Source of the DNA: a virus
Taxonomy: Duplodnaviria; Caudoviricetes
Direction: 5' to 3' (one strand)
Virus record (IMG/VR): IMGVR_UViG_3300044658_000165
Coordinates: 3,622 to 67,621 of that record
DNA length: 64,000 bases
Each line of letters opens with the position of its first letter. The first letter of the stretch is position 1. Shown here piece after piece: positions 18,567 through 27,386 of the stretch. The position numbers were made by a program, and so were the translations under genes. Below the pieces are notes generated by a model. The model saw only the letters and a list, made by a program, of their open reading frames with translations. It searched no databases and was not told the DNA's origin.

Positions 18567-18848
18567 ATGATGGCTATGGATCGAAACTATAAGATTGGAA
18601 AGAGTCTAATTCTGGATGGCACGATAAAATCGCTTACAGACCTCTGGGAGTATGTCCCCAAAACCAACATCGCACGTGACTTACATATGCATTTCAACAC
18701 ATTGCAGAGTAGAATTGATGAGCCTGGTACCTTTGAAATTAATTTGCTTACTGATATCGCAGATCTTATGGACGTAGATCCAATGGTGATTATTAAAATG
18801 GCATATACCCAGCATAGCCAAGAGCGGAAGGCAAAGAAGAAAAAATAG
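18567..18848 (+). CDS. HTH-like protein, paralog A
   Basis: Aligns without gaps to the next ORF. Confidence 0.7.
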   Translation: MMAMDRNYKIGKSLILDGTIKSLTDLWEYVPKTNIARDLHMHFNTLQSRIDEPGTFEINLLTDIADLMDVDPMVIIKMAYTQHSQERKAKKKK

Positions 18849-18923
18849 TATAAATCATCCTTTCTTTAGTACAACTTGTCCTTTTTACATGAATTATCTT
18901 TTCATGATAGTACCTTGCGGGTA

Positions 18924-19196
18924 ATGAAAGATCCGCGATTTGAAACGGTAAAAAAACTTTTTGAATTTGGCCAGATTAAATCCTTCAAGGACATAATTAC
19001 TCATATTCCAGTCAGCACATTGCGCCAGGTAATCCATACCAATCATTATCGCATGACGCGCATAGTAAATAATCCCTCAGAGCTTCAATATGATGAAGTA
19101 GCCGCTTTGGCCAGAGAGATCGGCGTTGAACACCGCGTAATTTCAGAGATGATTGAAAGAGAAATCAAAGCGAATCGAAAGAAGAACGCCAATTAA
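18924..19196 (+). CDS. HTH-like protein, paralog B
   Basis: ATG at 18924; G.IKS..D....P and A....V...VI..M shared with paralog A. Confidence 0.7.
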   Translation: MKDPRFETVKKLFEFGQIKSFKDIITHIPVSTLRQVIHTNHYRMTRIVNNPSELQYDEVAALAREIGVEHRVISEMIEREIKANRKKNAN

Positions 19197-20128
19197 TGCA
19201 CTACTTCCGCCGGCGCCTTGTCCGGGTGGAGTCGCAGAAAAGAAGCATGCCGTAGTTCACCGGCTTTGGTAATCTCCAGATATTTAATTGAACAGACCAA
19301 TTCTGGCCGGCACCAAGCCATAAACGCAGGCGCCTTTCTGCCCCAGCGGCCGCCTTTCAGAACGGGAATTTTTGCCAGTGGGCATCTTTTCACCACCTTT
19401 ATACTGGCCAATATTTGCATTAACTCTCGAGCATTCCACCCGGTTCCCACCTCTCCTAAGTAAACCAGTAGGTTCTTTTCGTAAGCAGCCAACAACAATG
19501 AGTTGATAACAGCAGGACCGTTTTGGCTTGTATAACCGACAATGATCGCATCCCTTTCTTTGTATGTTTTGAACTTCTGCCACTCTTTGCTTCGTATTCC
19601 GGGTTTATATAAAGAATCTGCTTTTTTTGCTATGATACCTTCAAGGCCATTCCTGGTTGCCATACGAAAAGCAGCTTCACCATGCATTGGTATATGTGTG
19701 ACAAAGCGCACTTCGTGGGATGGGCGAAGGAGTTTTTCCAAAGTAGACTTTCTTTTTACTACTGGTAACTTCATAAAGTCCCGTCCTTTGAAATACAAAA
19801 GATCAAAAACGTAGTAAACCAATAGGCCATCTGCATCCGTTTTCCAGTTTATTAACGCCTCAAAATCGCTTACCCCAGCATTATTTATAACAACAATCTC
19901 GCCATCGAGGATCATATCAGCTTTGTATCGTTTTAATGTATCGACTATCGGCCGGAACCTGGTTGTATAGTCTGCGTTTTTCCTTGATTTTAGCCGCACC
20001 ACTCCCTTTGTGATATAACCTAAGATGCGGAACCCATCGTACTTGATTTCAAATATCCAGTCTTTGTTATTGAATGGCTTATCAACGAGTGTGGCCAGCA
20101 TGGGCTTTATGTTACTGGGCATGGTCAT
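19193..20128 (-). CDS. ligD: ATP-dependent DNA ligase (LigD-type ligase domain only)
   Basis: WIFEIKYDGFR, LDGEIV, VFDLLY, EGIIAKK, WQKFK, ELRHASF. Confidence 0.92.
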   Translation of the reverse strand: MTMPSNIKPMLATLVDKPFNNKDWIFEIKYDGFRILGYITKGVVRLKSRKNADYTTRFRPIVDTLKRYKADMILDGEIVVINNAGVSDFEALINWKTDADGLLVYYVFDLLYFKGRDFMKLPVVKRKSTLEKLLRPSHEVRFVTHIPMHGEAAFRMATRNGLEGIIAKKADSLYKPGIRSKEWQKFKTYKERDAIIVGYTSQNGPAVINSLLLAAYEKNLLVYLGEVGTGWNARELMQILASIKVVKRCPLAKIPVLKGGRWGRKAPAFMAWCRPELVCSIKYLEITKAGELRHASFLRLHPDKAPAEVVH

Positions 20129-20397
20129 AGAATCCTTCTAAATACTATCGGCTGATCATAATCGAGCTCTGGGGGTTTTTGTAGGTATTTTGGATGGGCG
20201 TCAGCAAAATCGGATTCATCCGTAAACCACATAAGCTTGTAATCATTATAAAAGGACATAAGATGAAGATACTCGCGGCAAAACCTGTTGAATTGCTCAG
20301 CAGGCATTTCGGAGACGGCCTGCATGAATCTTTCTTTATTATATATGCCGCTCTCTGGCACTATCTCGCAAAATTGGATTATTTCCCACACGTCCAT
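20125..20397 (-). CDS. hypothetical protein
   Basis: Overlaps the ligase start. Confidence 0.65.
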   Translation of the reverse strand: MDVWEIIQFCEIVPESGIYNKERFMQAVSEMPAEQFNRFCREYLHLMSFYNDYKLMWFTDESDFADAHPKYLQKPPELDYDQPIVFRRIL

Positions 20398-20609
20398 AAA
20401 CTCACCCCCTTCATATTATCTGTAATTTTTATGCCATAAAAATGCCGACAGTGGTTGTCTGCCGGCGTTCAAATTTCCGACCAGAGGGGATCGGGCTGTA
20501 AGCAAGTTAACGGGTTTACCTGGACCGTATTTAAGAAAGTACAATCCGTACTTTTTTTCTTTCGTTCGACTCATAAAAGCAGGGACCGGCTTAACGGTCC
20601 ACGTCAATT

Positions 20610-20780
20610 ATGAGTAAGCACACGATTAAGCTGGATCAGGTTATCCTAGTGAAACTTCCCAACGGCGAAAAGTTCTATTTAGAATATTTTCGCGACGGGC
20701 TATTGATCTGCCCTAAAGACAAAACCAAGAAAATGAAAATGGTAAAGTGCCACGATGGCATTATTATTTACTTAAAGTAA
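20610..20780 (+). CDS. hypothetical protein (56 aa)
   Basis: MSKHTIKLDQVILVKLPNGEKFYLEYFRDG..., translated by hand. Confidence 0.55.
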   Translation: MSKHTIKLDQVILVKLPNGEKFYLEYFRDGLLICPKDKTKKMKMVKCHDGIIIYLK

Positions 20781-20844
20781 ACCATGATTTCCGCCCTGGT
20801 AAACTGGGGCGGTTCCTGATAATTTTTTTCCTTTATTTTGTAAA

Positions 20845-21060
20845 ATGTACACAGAAAATGAACTTATAGAGCTGGAGCAGTACTTCAAATCCGTAACGCT
20901 GCCGGCTGAGATTCGCCTTTCCCAATGTGAGAATATAATCGACGTTAAAAAATTTATTACTACGAGCCTGGCTAATTGCCGTGCAGGCATGGGATTAAAG
21001 ACTTTTGAGGCAGCTTACGACCGGTTAATGAAGCTGAAAGAGCTTTTGCAGGCTGGTTGA
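20845..21060 (+). CDS. DUF6965-like small protein
   Basis: ELEQYF...LP..I.L..CENI.DVKKFI...AYDRLMKLKE pattern recalled for this Bacteroidota family. Confidence 0.6.
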   Translation: MYTENELIELEQYFKSVTLPAEIRLSQCENIIDVKKFITTSLANCRAGMGLKTFEAAYDRLMKLKELLQAG

Positions 21061-21082
21061 CCTTCGTCAATTTAAAGCACCA

Positions 21083-21116
21083 GTATTGGGACAATACAGG
21101 CGATTTGTTACATTTG
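21083..21116 (+). promoter_or_regulatory. promoter with overlapping inverted repeat
   Basis: TTGG (-33), 19 nt, TACATTTG (-7); palindrome GTATTG-GGA-CAATAC. Confidence 0.75.
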
Positions 21117-21120
21117 AAAA

Positions 21121-21315
21121 ATGGCAGAATCAAAAAAGTTTTATAAAGAACTGGATTGGCTGAAGGCCCGGAAGGATTACCTAAGCATTTATAAGATCGA
21201 AAAGGAGTTGGGGATGCCGGAGGCGACGCTTAAAAAGTTCGTCAATGGAGATCGCGGCCTTGCGGTGAAATGGCATGACCCTCTAATGATCTGGGTCAAG
21301 AAGTTTAAGAAATAA
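21121..21315 (+). CDS. small XRE-type HTH protein
   Basis: LSIYKIEKELGMPEATLKKFVNG. Confidence 0.75.
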   Translation: MAESKKFYKELDWLKARKDYLSIYKIEKELGMPEATLKKFVNGDRGLAVKWHDPLMIWVKKFKK

Positions 21316-21356
21316 TGTCCCATCATTGGGACATATCTAAACCTTTACTATCTTTG
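21315..21356 (+). promoter_or_regulatory. promoter with overlapping inverted repeat
   Basis: ATGTCCCA-TCAT-TGGGACAT; TTGG, 19 nt, TATCTTTG. Confidence 0.75.
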
Positions 21357-21399
21357 TTTCAGTAAAGGCAATGAAGCCGATGCATTAAACGAAAGCAAT

Positions 21400-21654
21400 A
21401 TGAGCACTCCTTTAACATTCGAAGATTTAAAAGTTTTTGAAAATGTATTCGCGGTTGATACTTCCAGCGTTAGTATACAGACAGAGGCCGCCCGGATTTT
21501 TAATGAAAAGTTCGGCGAAGATCTTTTGCCAGATCAGGTAACAACTCGTTTTCTTTTTGCAGGTGATGACAGCGAAGGGAACCAGGTGAAAGTCTACGAG
21601 GCTTCTAAAGATTCAGGTAGCAAAAATTTAATCTACCTGACAGCTACCCTTTAG
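21400..21654 (+). CDS. small acidic hypothetical protein
   Basis: 84 aa, D/E-rich, has its own consensus promoter. Confidence 0.75.
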   Translation: MSTPLTFEDLKVFENVFAVDTSSVSIQTEAARIFNEKFGEDLLPDQVTTRFLFAGDDSEGNQVKVYEASKDSGSKNLIYLTATL

Positions 21655-21714
21655 TATCCTCTTCAATCGAACCTCACAGGAATATAAACGCAACCGGAAA
21701 GGAGCCGGGAGAGT

Positions 21715-21900
21715 ATGGAAGATCAATTAGATGATTATTACGAAAAGAATTATGTCCATAAAAGTATAATTAAATGGAAAATCTGGACAGCTTTTGTAAT
21801 AGGATTTGTAGCCGGTTTAGCGTGTTACTTTTTCGTCCATATAAAACCCACTCATATGAACAATAATAAGGCTATCAAAATCATAGCGGCAAGAAAATAA
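21715..21900 (+). CDS. small single-TM protein
   Basis: IWTAFVIGFVAGLACYFFV hydrophobic segment. Confidence 0.6.
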   Translation: MEDQLDDYYEKNYVHKSIIKWKIWTAFVIGFVAGLACYFFVHIKPTHMNNNKAIKIIAARK

Positions 21901-21965
21901 AGCCCCGACAATCGCCGGGGCCTCTAACCTTCCACAACTCCCCAGTTGGTTTAGAAAAAGAGTTT

Positions 21966-22046
21966 ATGAAAAAGATTTATAAAGCTCTTATTGAAATACT
22001 CGAATTTCTTTTCAACCCACGCCCGTGGATGCGAAAGAGAAAATAA
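21966..22046 (+). CDS. amphipathic basic peptide (26 aa)
   Basis: MKKIYKALIEILEFLFNPRPWMRKRK between two hairpins. Confidence 0.35.
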   Translation: MKKIYKALIEILEFLFNPRPWMRKRK

Positions 22047-22218
22047 GGCCCGGTAAGAATACCAGGCCCCTGTCAACCAAAACTAACTGTGCTATGAAAA
22101 ACAGTTAATCAAATAGTATTTTCAAAGGTTACATCTGTAAGGTTATCCCACCGCCATAATTGCCAGCCGCCTTTCGGCTCCCACTTTTTATCAGGATATG
22201 GTGATTTTCGGCGGGGCA

Positions 22219-22479
22219 TTATTCAGCTGCAGTCACTGTCATTTCACACTCGACAATAGCGCCAACCTTCCAGAAGTTGTAAACCTCCGGATTAATGGTT
22301 TTCAGATTTTGAGTAGATCCGGATGATAAGGAACCATATACATAATTAGGATCATCCGGATTGCTAGTGTATACTACCTGCATTTTTGCTTCTTTCTGTG
22401 GTACCATTTTGCCAGTCTTACTGTCATAGCCTTGGCTTTCGACGATCTCGTTGATCTGATATTTAATTTTTGATTTCAT
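22219..22479 (-). CDS. hypothetical protein
   Basis: Likely start MKSKIKYQ; last gene of the late operon. Confidence 0.7.
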   Translation of the reverse strand: MKSKIKYQINEIVESQGYDSKTGKMVPQKEAKMQVVYTSNPDDPNYVYGSLSSGSTQNLKTINPEVYNFWKVGAIVECEMTVTAAE

Positions 22480-22521
22480 GATGAGAATTGCGTTCGGCAA
22501 ACCCCGTCCCCGGCTTATGTT

Positions 22522-24825
22522 TTAAAAAGGATATAATTGTGATTGGGGTACGAGTTGTTTTTTTTGGTTGGTAGATTGCCAGTATAGATAAAGCTGCGAG
22601 CGGTCATCGTTGTTCAGGTACTCCAGCTTAATAGAATACTTTTTTCCAGCCTCCATTTTGATTGCTGTTGATGTCAAAGTTGTTGGATACATATCTTCCC
22701 ACTTATTCAATAGTTGCTGACCGTTCACCCACAATCGTATACCGCCGCCGGTAGCAACCAAGAATTTGTATGACTCCGAATATTGCGGCTCAATGAAACC
22801 AGTAAACCGAATGCTATATGTTTCATCTTTGATGCGGTAATGTACACCGGTTTCCAGCCCAGGTAGTGGCAATTGCCATTCAGGAAAGTTTATCAATGGA
22901 TCTATTCGCGTTTCAGCCAGGTTGGAGAAGTCTGTGTTGTTAAAGTACTGGCCCAGTAGCCCGGTACCGGTACCCCAGCTTGTGGGCGCGAAGTTGGCAA
23001 TATTTGACTTGCCTAATTTTGTCAACTTATACGCCTGCCCGCTCACAGGTTGAACGCGGATGGTTTCGCCGCTTATCGCAGATTTTGAAACAACCATTGT
23101 ACCGGTTACATTCGACTGTATAACATCAACGCTCTTTATATTATCGGAACTTTCATCCAGGATGGCACCTGTCTTTCCACCTTTGATCGTACACGCACGA
23201 ATAAGGATCGGCCGCATGCCGGCTACTGGTCCCTGCTGCACAACATGGAAGGGATAAGGCACCATACCGGCGCCATCAAGCGTCATATTTTCCAGGCGCA
23301 CGCCATTTTCCAGGCTGGCAGCATGATCTTCAAAAGGTGCGTTATATAGATATCCGCCCTGGTATGTATAATTATTATTATATGCCCCATGGTGAACACC
23401 TCTCCCGCAATTATACACTGCTGAATTTTCCAGCACATGGTTCTTACCATTGTTCTGCCAGCTGCGAATACCGCAATCAGAATTATGCGCCAAGTTTCCT
23501 TTGAAGATCCAGGCAGATTCAATGTCCATTTCTTCCCAGTCATAAGCAGCGTTTACATCCGGATTGCCCGTTTGCCCAGCAACTATATTGCTATCACACC
23601 GGTTATCGTCACCAAGGCCCAGAACGAACCCATGCACGCCGAAGGTTGGTGATCCTTGCGTGTCGAAGTTCAGTGAATGGAATATATAAGTAGGCTGCAC
23701 AACTAAGTTGTGAACCCAGGTAGTTCTATGCGTTGCATCGGGAAGATCCCACCAGAAAGGCGTTTCTGTGCAATTATAGGCAATATTGTCGCGGAACATG
23801 ATGCCATTGCTTACATGGGGCACGTAGGCATGGTTATCGATGTCACGCATAACGCAACCGGATACAACAGACCCGTCGCTTCCATCATCGCAGTGGTGGA
23901 AATGAAGGCCATAACGGCCCAAAATGAGGTCTTTTATCTTGTCTCCATTCTGATCTTTACGTGGGCCCAAGTACCGGAAGGCAACATTTTTGATCACCTG
24001 CGACTGGCTGGATCGGATAAATATATGCGACTTACCGCTGGCTGTGCCCTCAATTCGCACGTTTCTGGTGAGGTTACCAACTTCGGCTGTCCAGCGGTTG
24101 TTGATAACAGGGTGAGCAGTTGCCGTTGAATTCACAATTAAGGAATAAGATTCCAGCGCATCCGCTCCCGCGCTACTTAGCGTTTTTGATTTTATAGTTC
24201 TCAGATCATAATTAGTGGCCGCTGCCGCCGTAGGTGTAATTATTATTTCATCACCTGGTAGCCATCCGAAAGCGTCATTAACGTTTACGGTTGTACCGGC
24301 TGCTATTGATCCAAAGGCATTTGTCCACGCGGTTTTATCTGCGCCTTGCAGCTGCAGACGCCCGGCCCCCATGACCCACAATCCAACATCAGTACTGACG
24401 GGATCCATGCCGCCGCCCACGACATTATTTTCATTGATACCGGTAAACCGCAGCAAGTGAACAAACGATGGATCACCGGGAGTCATTTGTAGCAATCCAT
24501 TCACCAGGATATTCTGAGTGCTGACAATTGTTACTGATTTCGTTGGCTGGAACCAGAGTGATCCATTGATCTGCATGCCTGCAACGGCGGCATCAGTATC
24601 CGCAAAAACAGTGTGGCCGGCTGAGATTGTAATTGCATCACCTGCAGTCGGCATTCGGCCGCTCCAAGTCGCAGGATCTGACCAGTTGCCCGATTGCACC
24701 GAGGCGATTGTTGCGCGGAATTGATAGTTGGCTGGCGCGCAGGAAATGGTAACGCGTTTCACGATACCATGGTCATTAAGAAAGAGCGCCAAAATCGGTG
24801 CCAATAAGTAGAGAAAGTATTTCAT
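22522..24825 (-). CDS. G8 domain, right-handed beta-helix and PA14 protein with hydrophobic N-terminus
   Basis: GNWSDPATW..P.AGD.ITISAGHTV (G8); VGNLTRNVRIEG and GRYGLHFH; PA14 GLLGQYF...RIDP.INF...YSIRFTGFI...GIRLWVNG...LYW. Confidence 0.85.
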   Translation of the reverse strand: MKYFLYLLAPILALFLNDHGIVKRVTISCAPANYQFRATIASVQSGNWSDPATWSGRMPTAGDAITISAGHTVFADTDAAVAGMQINGSLWFQPTKSVTIVSTQNILVNGLLQMTPGDPSFVHLLRFTGINENNVVGGGMDPVSTDVGLWVMGAGRLQLQGADKTAWTNAFGSIAAGTTVNVNDAFGWLPGDEIIITPTAAAATNYDLRTIKSKTLSSAGADALESYSLIVNSTATAHPVINNRWTAEVGNLTRNVRIEGTASGKSHIFIRSSQSQVIKNVAFRYLGPRKDQNGDKIKDLILGRYGLHFHHCDDGSDGSVVSGCVMRDIDNHAYVPHVSNGIMFRDNIAYNCTETPFWWDLPDATHRTTWVHNLVVQPTYIFHSLNFDTQGSPTFGVHGFVLGLGDDNRCDSNIVAGQTGNPDVNAAYDWEEMDIESAWIFKGNLAHNSDCGIRSWQNNGKNHVLENSAVYNCGRGVHHGAYNNNYTYQGGYLYNAPFEDHAASLENGVRLENMTLDGAGMVPYPFHVVQQGPVAGMRPILIRACTIKGGKTGAILDESSDNIKSVDVIQSNVTGTMVVSKSAISGETIRVQPVSGQAYKLTKLGKSNIANFAPTSWGTGTGLLGQYFNNTDFSNLAETRIDPLINFPEWQLPLPGLETGVHYRIKDETYSIRFTGFIEPQYSESYKFLVATGGGIRLWVNGQQLLNKWEDMYPTTLTSTAIKMEAGKKYSIKLEYLNNDDRSQLYLYWQSTNQKKQLVPQSQLYPF

Positions 24826-24827
24826 AA

Positions 24828-25310
24828 TTAATAGGGGATTCGTATAAATGCTTTGATGGTAGAGTTTTTTCGACAAAGAGCGCCGGACCGATGGGCTACC
24901 TCATATCCATTCCTGCTGCCTTCATCATTACTGTTTCCTTCTATTGTTTCGCAGGTAAGATCAAATCCTTTAAGTACAAATCCAGTATGCCCTTTTCCGC
25001 CGCCGAAATCCATAATGAAAATGTCTCCCGGCATTGGTGAATGATAAATCCATTCTGGGTGATTCTGTTTTACCCAACTAAAGAGATCCATCACACTGGC
25101 AGTAGTTTTGAGTGGAAACTTAACGCCCATTTTTTCGCAGGCCTGCTTTAGACACCACATTACGAATGCCATGCACCAAAACTGAGGAGGCTCGAGACCT
25201 ACCGCTGCGAGATATTTTTTTACATGCGGGCCGTTATTGCTGTTAATGGGAATTTCTTGGTTTCCTATTTCGCCCGTCGCAATTTCGAGGGCTTTTTCAC
25301 GTAACGTCAT
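24828..25310 (-). CDS. CHAP-domain endolysin
   Basis: SNNGPHVKKY, FWCMAFVMWC, GHTGFV, TIEGNS. Confidence 0.9.
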   Translation of the reverse strand: MTLREKALEIATGEIGNQEIPINSNNGPHVKKYLAAVGLEPPQFWCMAFVMWCLKQACEKMGVKFPLKTTASVMDLFSWVKQNHPEWIYHSPMPGDIFIMDFGGGKGHTGFVLKGFDLTCETIEGNSNDEGSRNGYEVAHRSGALCRKNSTIKAFIRIPY

Positions 25311-25729
25311 AAAAGATTTGGGATTAAAAGAAGAATTGAAATAATGATGGTGGCGATCTTCAGGGTGGCACTGAAAGCACGGTGCTCTATGTGAAGGATA
25401 CCAGCCGCCCATCGTTGTACAATATCTATCTGTGCGGTTGTACCGATATACCACCATTCCCTTTTTAAAACAAAGGAGTTAACGCAGCCATCAAATAGCA
25501 GCCAGTATAATGCGCCGGTAAAAAATCCAATTCGCCAATCATGTGCTATGCGTCCAATGCAATAACCCATCCATAAATGACAAATACCTGTCGCTGCGTG
25601 CCAGATAAGCTTTAAACGGCGATCTTCCGCTGTTTGGTTCGCCGTTCGATCATCCAACAGAAAATATACCATCTGTTGAATATGCGCAGCGATACCCGTC
25701 ACAATCAATATAATGACCTCCCAGGTCAT
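25307..25729 (-). CDS. multi-pass membrane protein (lysis cassette)
   Basis: 3-4 hydrophobic segments; overlaps both neighbours. Confidence 0.7.
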   Translation of the reverse strand: MTWEVIILIVTGIAAHIQQMVYFLLDDRTANQTAEDRRLKLIWHAATGICHLWMGYCIGRIAHDWRIGFFTGALYWLLFDGCVNSFVLKREWWYIGTTAQIDIVQRWAAGILHIEHRAFSATLKIATIIISILLLIPNLL

Positions 25730-26166
25730 TGTAAAAAGATTGCATCAAGATTATCCTTATTGGCCTCATATTGCTCGGCACTGATAGTACGTTGAAAGTT
25801 TTTTATCTCGTAATACTTTCCCAGGTGTTTGCCGAATATCATTAATAGGCCACCTCCTACTAAGATGATAAGTACAAATTTGTTCACCTGCCATACTTGC
25901 TGATCGCACACATAAACATAGAACCCGGCAGCTGCAAACAAAACAAAGCCTACGACAATCATCCAGACCACGCGTGTACCATGATGCCACTTATAGCTGG
26001 TACTTGCAGTTACAGTATATTCTTCAGGCACCTGTTGATAGCCAGTACCGGGACCATACGCCGCTGCTTTATGTTCCACTTCAGCAGTCTTTGAAGATGA
26101 GATAATGAACATTCCGGCTATTGCAAAAAGAGCAGGAATAAGAAACATTAAAATTGCTTTATTCAT
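25726..26166 (-). CDS. membrane protein (lysis cassette)
   Basis: N-terminal hydrophobic anchor plus two TM segments. Confidence 0.7.
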   Translation of the reverse strand: MNKAILMFLIPALFAIAGMFIISSSKTAEVEHKAAAYGPGTGYQQVPEEYTVTASTSYKWHHGTRVVWMIVVGFVLFAAAGFYVYVCDQQVWQVNKFVLIILVGGGLLMIFGKHLGKYYEIKNFQRTISAEQYEANKDNLDAIFLQ

Positions 26167-26182
26167 AAAAATTGTTTTTTAT

Positions 26183-26758
26183 TTAAAAAGGAAGTTTAAA
26201 CTTGAGTTTTAAAAATGTATATCCGCCGATCAAACCGACCGTTAACCAGAACAGCCAGGGCCATTTCTTTAGCTTTTTGAGCTGGGCATCCTGTTCGGAA
26301 ATGCGTTTATCACGGATTGTTATTATTCCGTCCTTTTCATCCAGCTTCCCCTGCAGCTGCTTTTCCCGTGCTCGATCCACAACTGTATTGGTTATTACTT
26401 TCACAGTATCTTTGCAGGGCGCCAGCCTCTTTCTCATCTCGGTATCAACAGCCTTACGCAATGAATCCAGGTTAATCGCCGGAGGGCACGGCTGTTGCGG
26501 CGTTGACCTGTACGTTTCCCGGTGTTTCTTCAATGCCAGGAATAGACTATCAGTATAGGTATGCATGTTGGATAATGCCTGTTCATAAGACGCAGTATCG
26601 ACCGAATCTGTTATAGTCCGGGTTAACGTGTCCGGCGGGAAATTGTCAGCACAATAGCCAGCGGCTTCCTTGGGGTGCTCCTTTAGCCAGGTATTCACCT
26701 TTTTATGGGTTACGCAGGATGCAAATAAGATGCACCCAAGTATTATAATGTTTTTCAT
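26183..26758 (-). CDS. putative unimolecular spanin
   Basis: Lipobox MKNIIILGCILFAS-C, coiled coil, C-terminal TM WPWLFWLTVGLIGGYTFL. Confidence 0.65.
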   Translation of the reverse strand: MKNIIILGCILFASCVTHKKVNTWLKEHPKEAAGYCADNFPPDTLTRTITDSVDTASYEQALSNMHTYTDSLFLALKKHRETYRSTPQQPCPPAINLDSLRKAVDTEMRKRLAPCKDTVKVITNTVVDRAREKQLQGKLDEKDGIITIRDKRISEQDAQLKKLKKWPWLFWLTVGLIGGYTFLKLKFKLPF

Positions 26759-27072
26759 TTCTTCGGATTAAGCGTTGATACATCTTCAGGGATAGAGTCT
26801 TTTGGCTTTTTGGCATTGATAAAACCAGAAAGCAGGGATCCACTAAAGGCGCCTATAATTACGCAGGTAAGCTTTGACATGACTATCAGATCAGGCGGTA
26901 AAGAATTTCCAATATAAATCAGTATGAAAATTGCCACTATATTAGAGGTGATACTTACCACGAAAAGTTTGGTAACGAATACCTCATTGCGTTTTATCGC
27001 TTCCTGGTATTGCTTTAGGAGGTGGAATATGAACCCACCAAAGGCCAATAATATTTGCTCTATAAAAGACAT
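26755..27072 (-). CDS. holin-like membrane protein
   Basis: Three TM segments and a charged C-tail, 105 aa. Confidence 0.6.
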   Translation of the reverse strand: MSFIEQILLAFGGFIFHLLKQYQEAIKRNEVFVTKLFVVSITSNIVAIFILIYIGNSLPPDLIVMSKLTCVIIGAFSGSLLSGFINAKKPKDSIPEDVSTLNPKK

Positions 27073-27073
27073 A

Positions 27074-27334
27074 TCAGTAATGTTTAATTGAATCGTATGT
27101 AATTTCTTGTTCCGGCTCTTTTCTGGGCATCATTTCCAAACCTCTGAACTTGTCTATCAATCGTTGATCGTTTATCATCTCCACTTTCGCCTGCAATGCC
27201 GGTACAGCCTGCATGAGTTGCTTAATGTCCTCTCGCATATCTTTCACCAGGAAGCAAACCACAGCTATAAGGCCTTTAAAAACCCAATCGAATGCACCTG
27301 CTTTAATTTTATTTAAGAAATTGTCCTGCTTCAT
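27074..27334 (-). CDS. single-TM coiled-coil protein (holin/antiholin-like)
   Basis: WVFKGLIAVVCFLV followed by a heptad pattern. Confidence 0.55.
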   Translation of the reverse strand: MKQDNFLNKIKAGAFDWVFKGLIAVVCFLVKDMREDIKQLMQAVPALQAKVEMINDQRLIDKFRGLEMMPRKEPEQEITYDSIKHY

Positions 27335-27386
27335 TGAGCAAAATTTAGGGTCGGGTTTAGTAATGCATAGGAATAAAGGGTATTGA

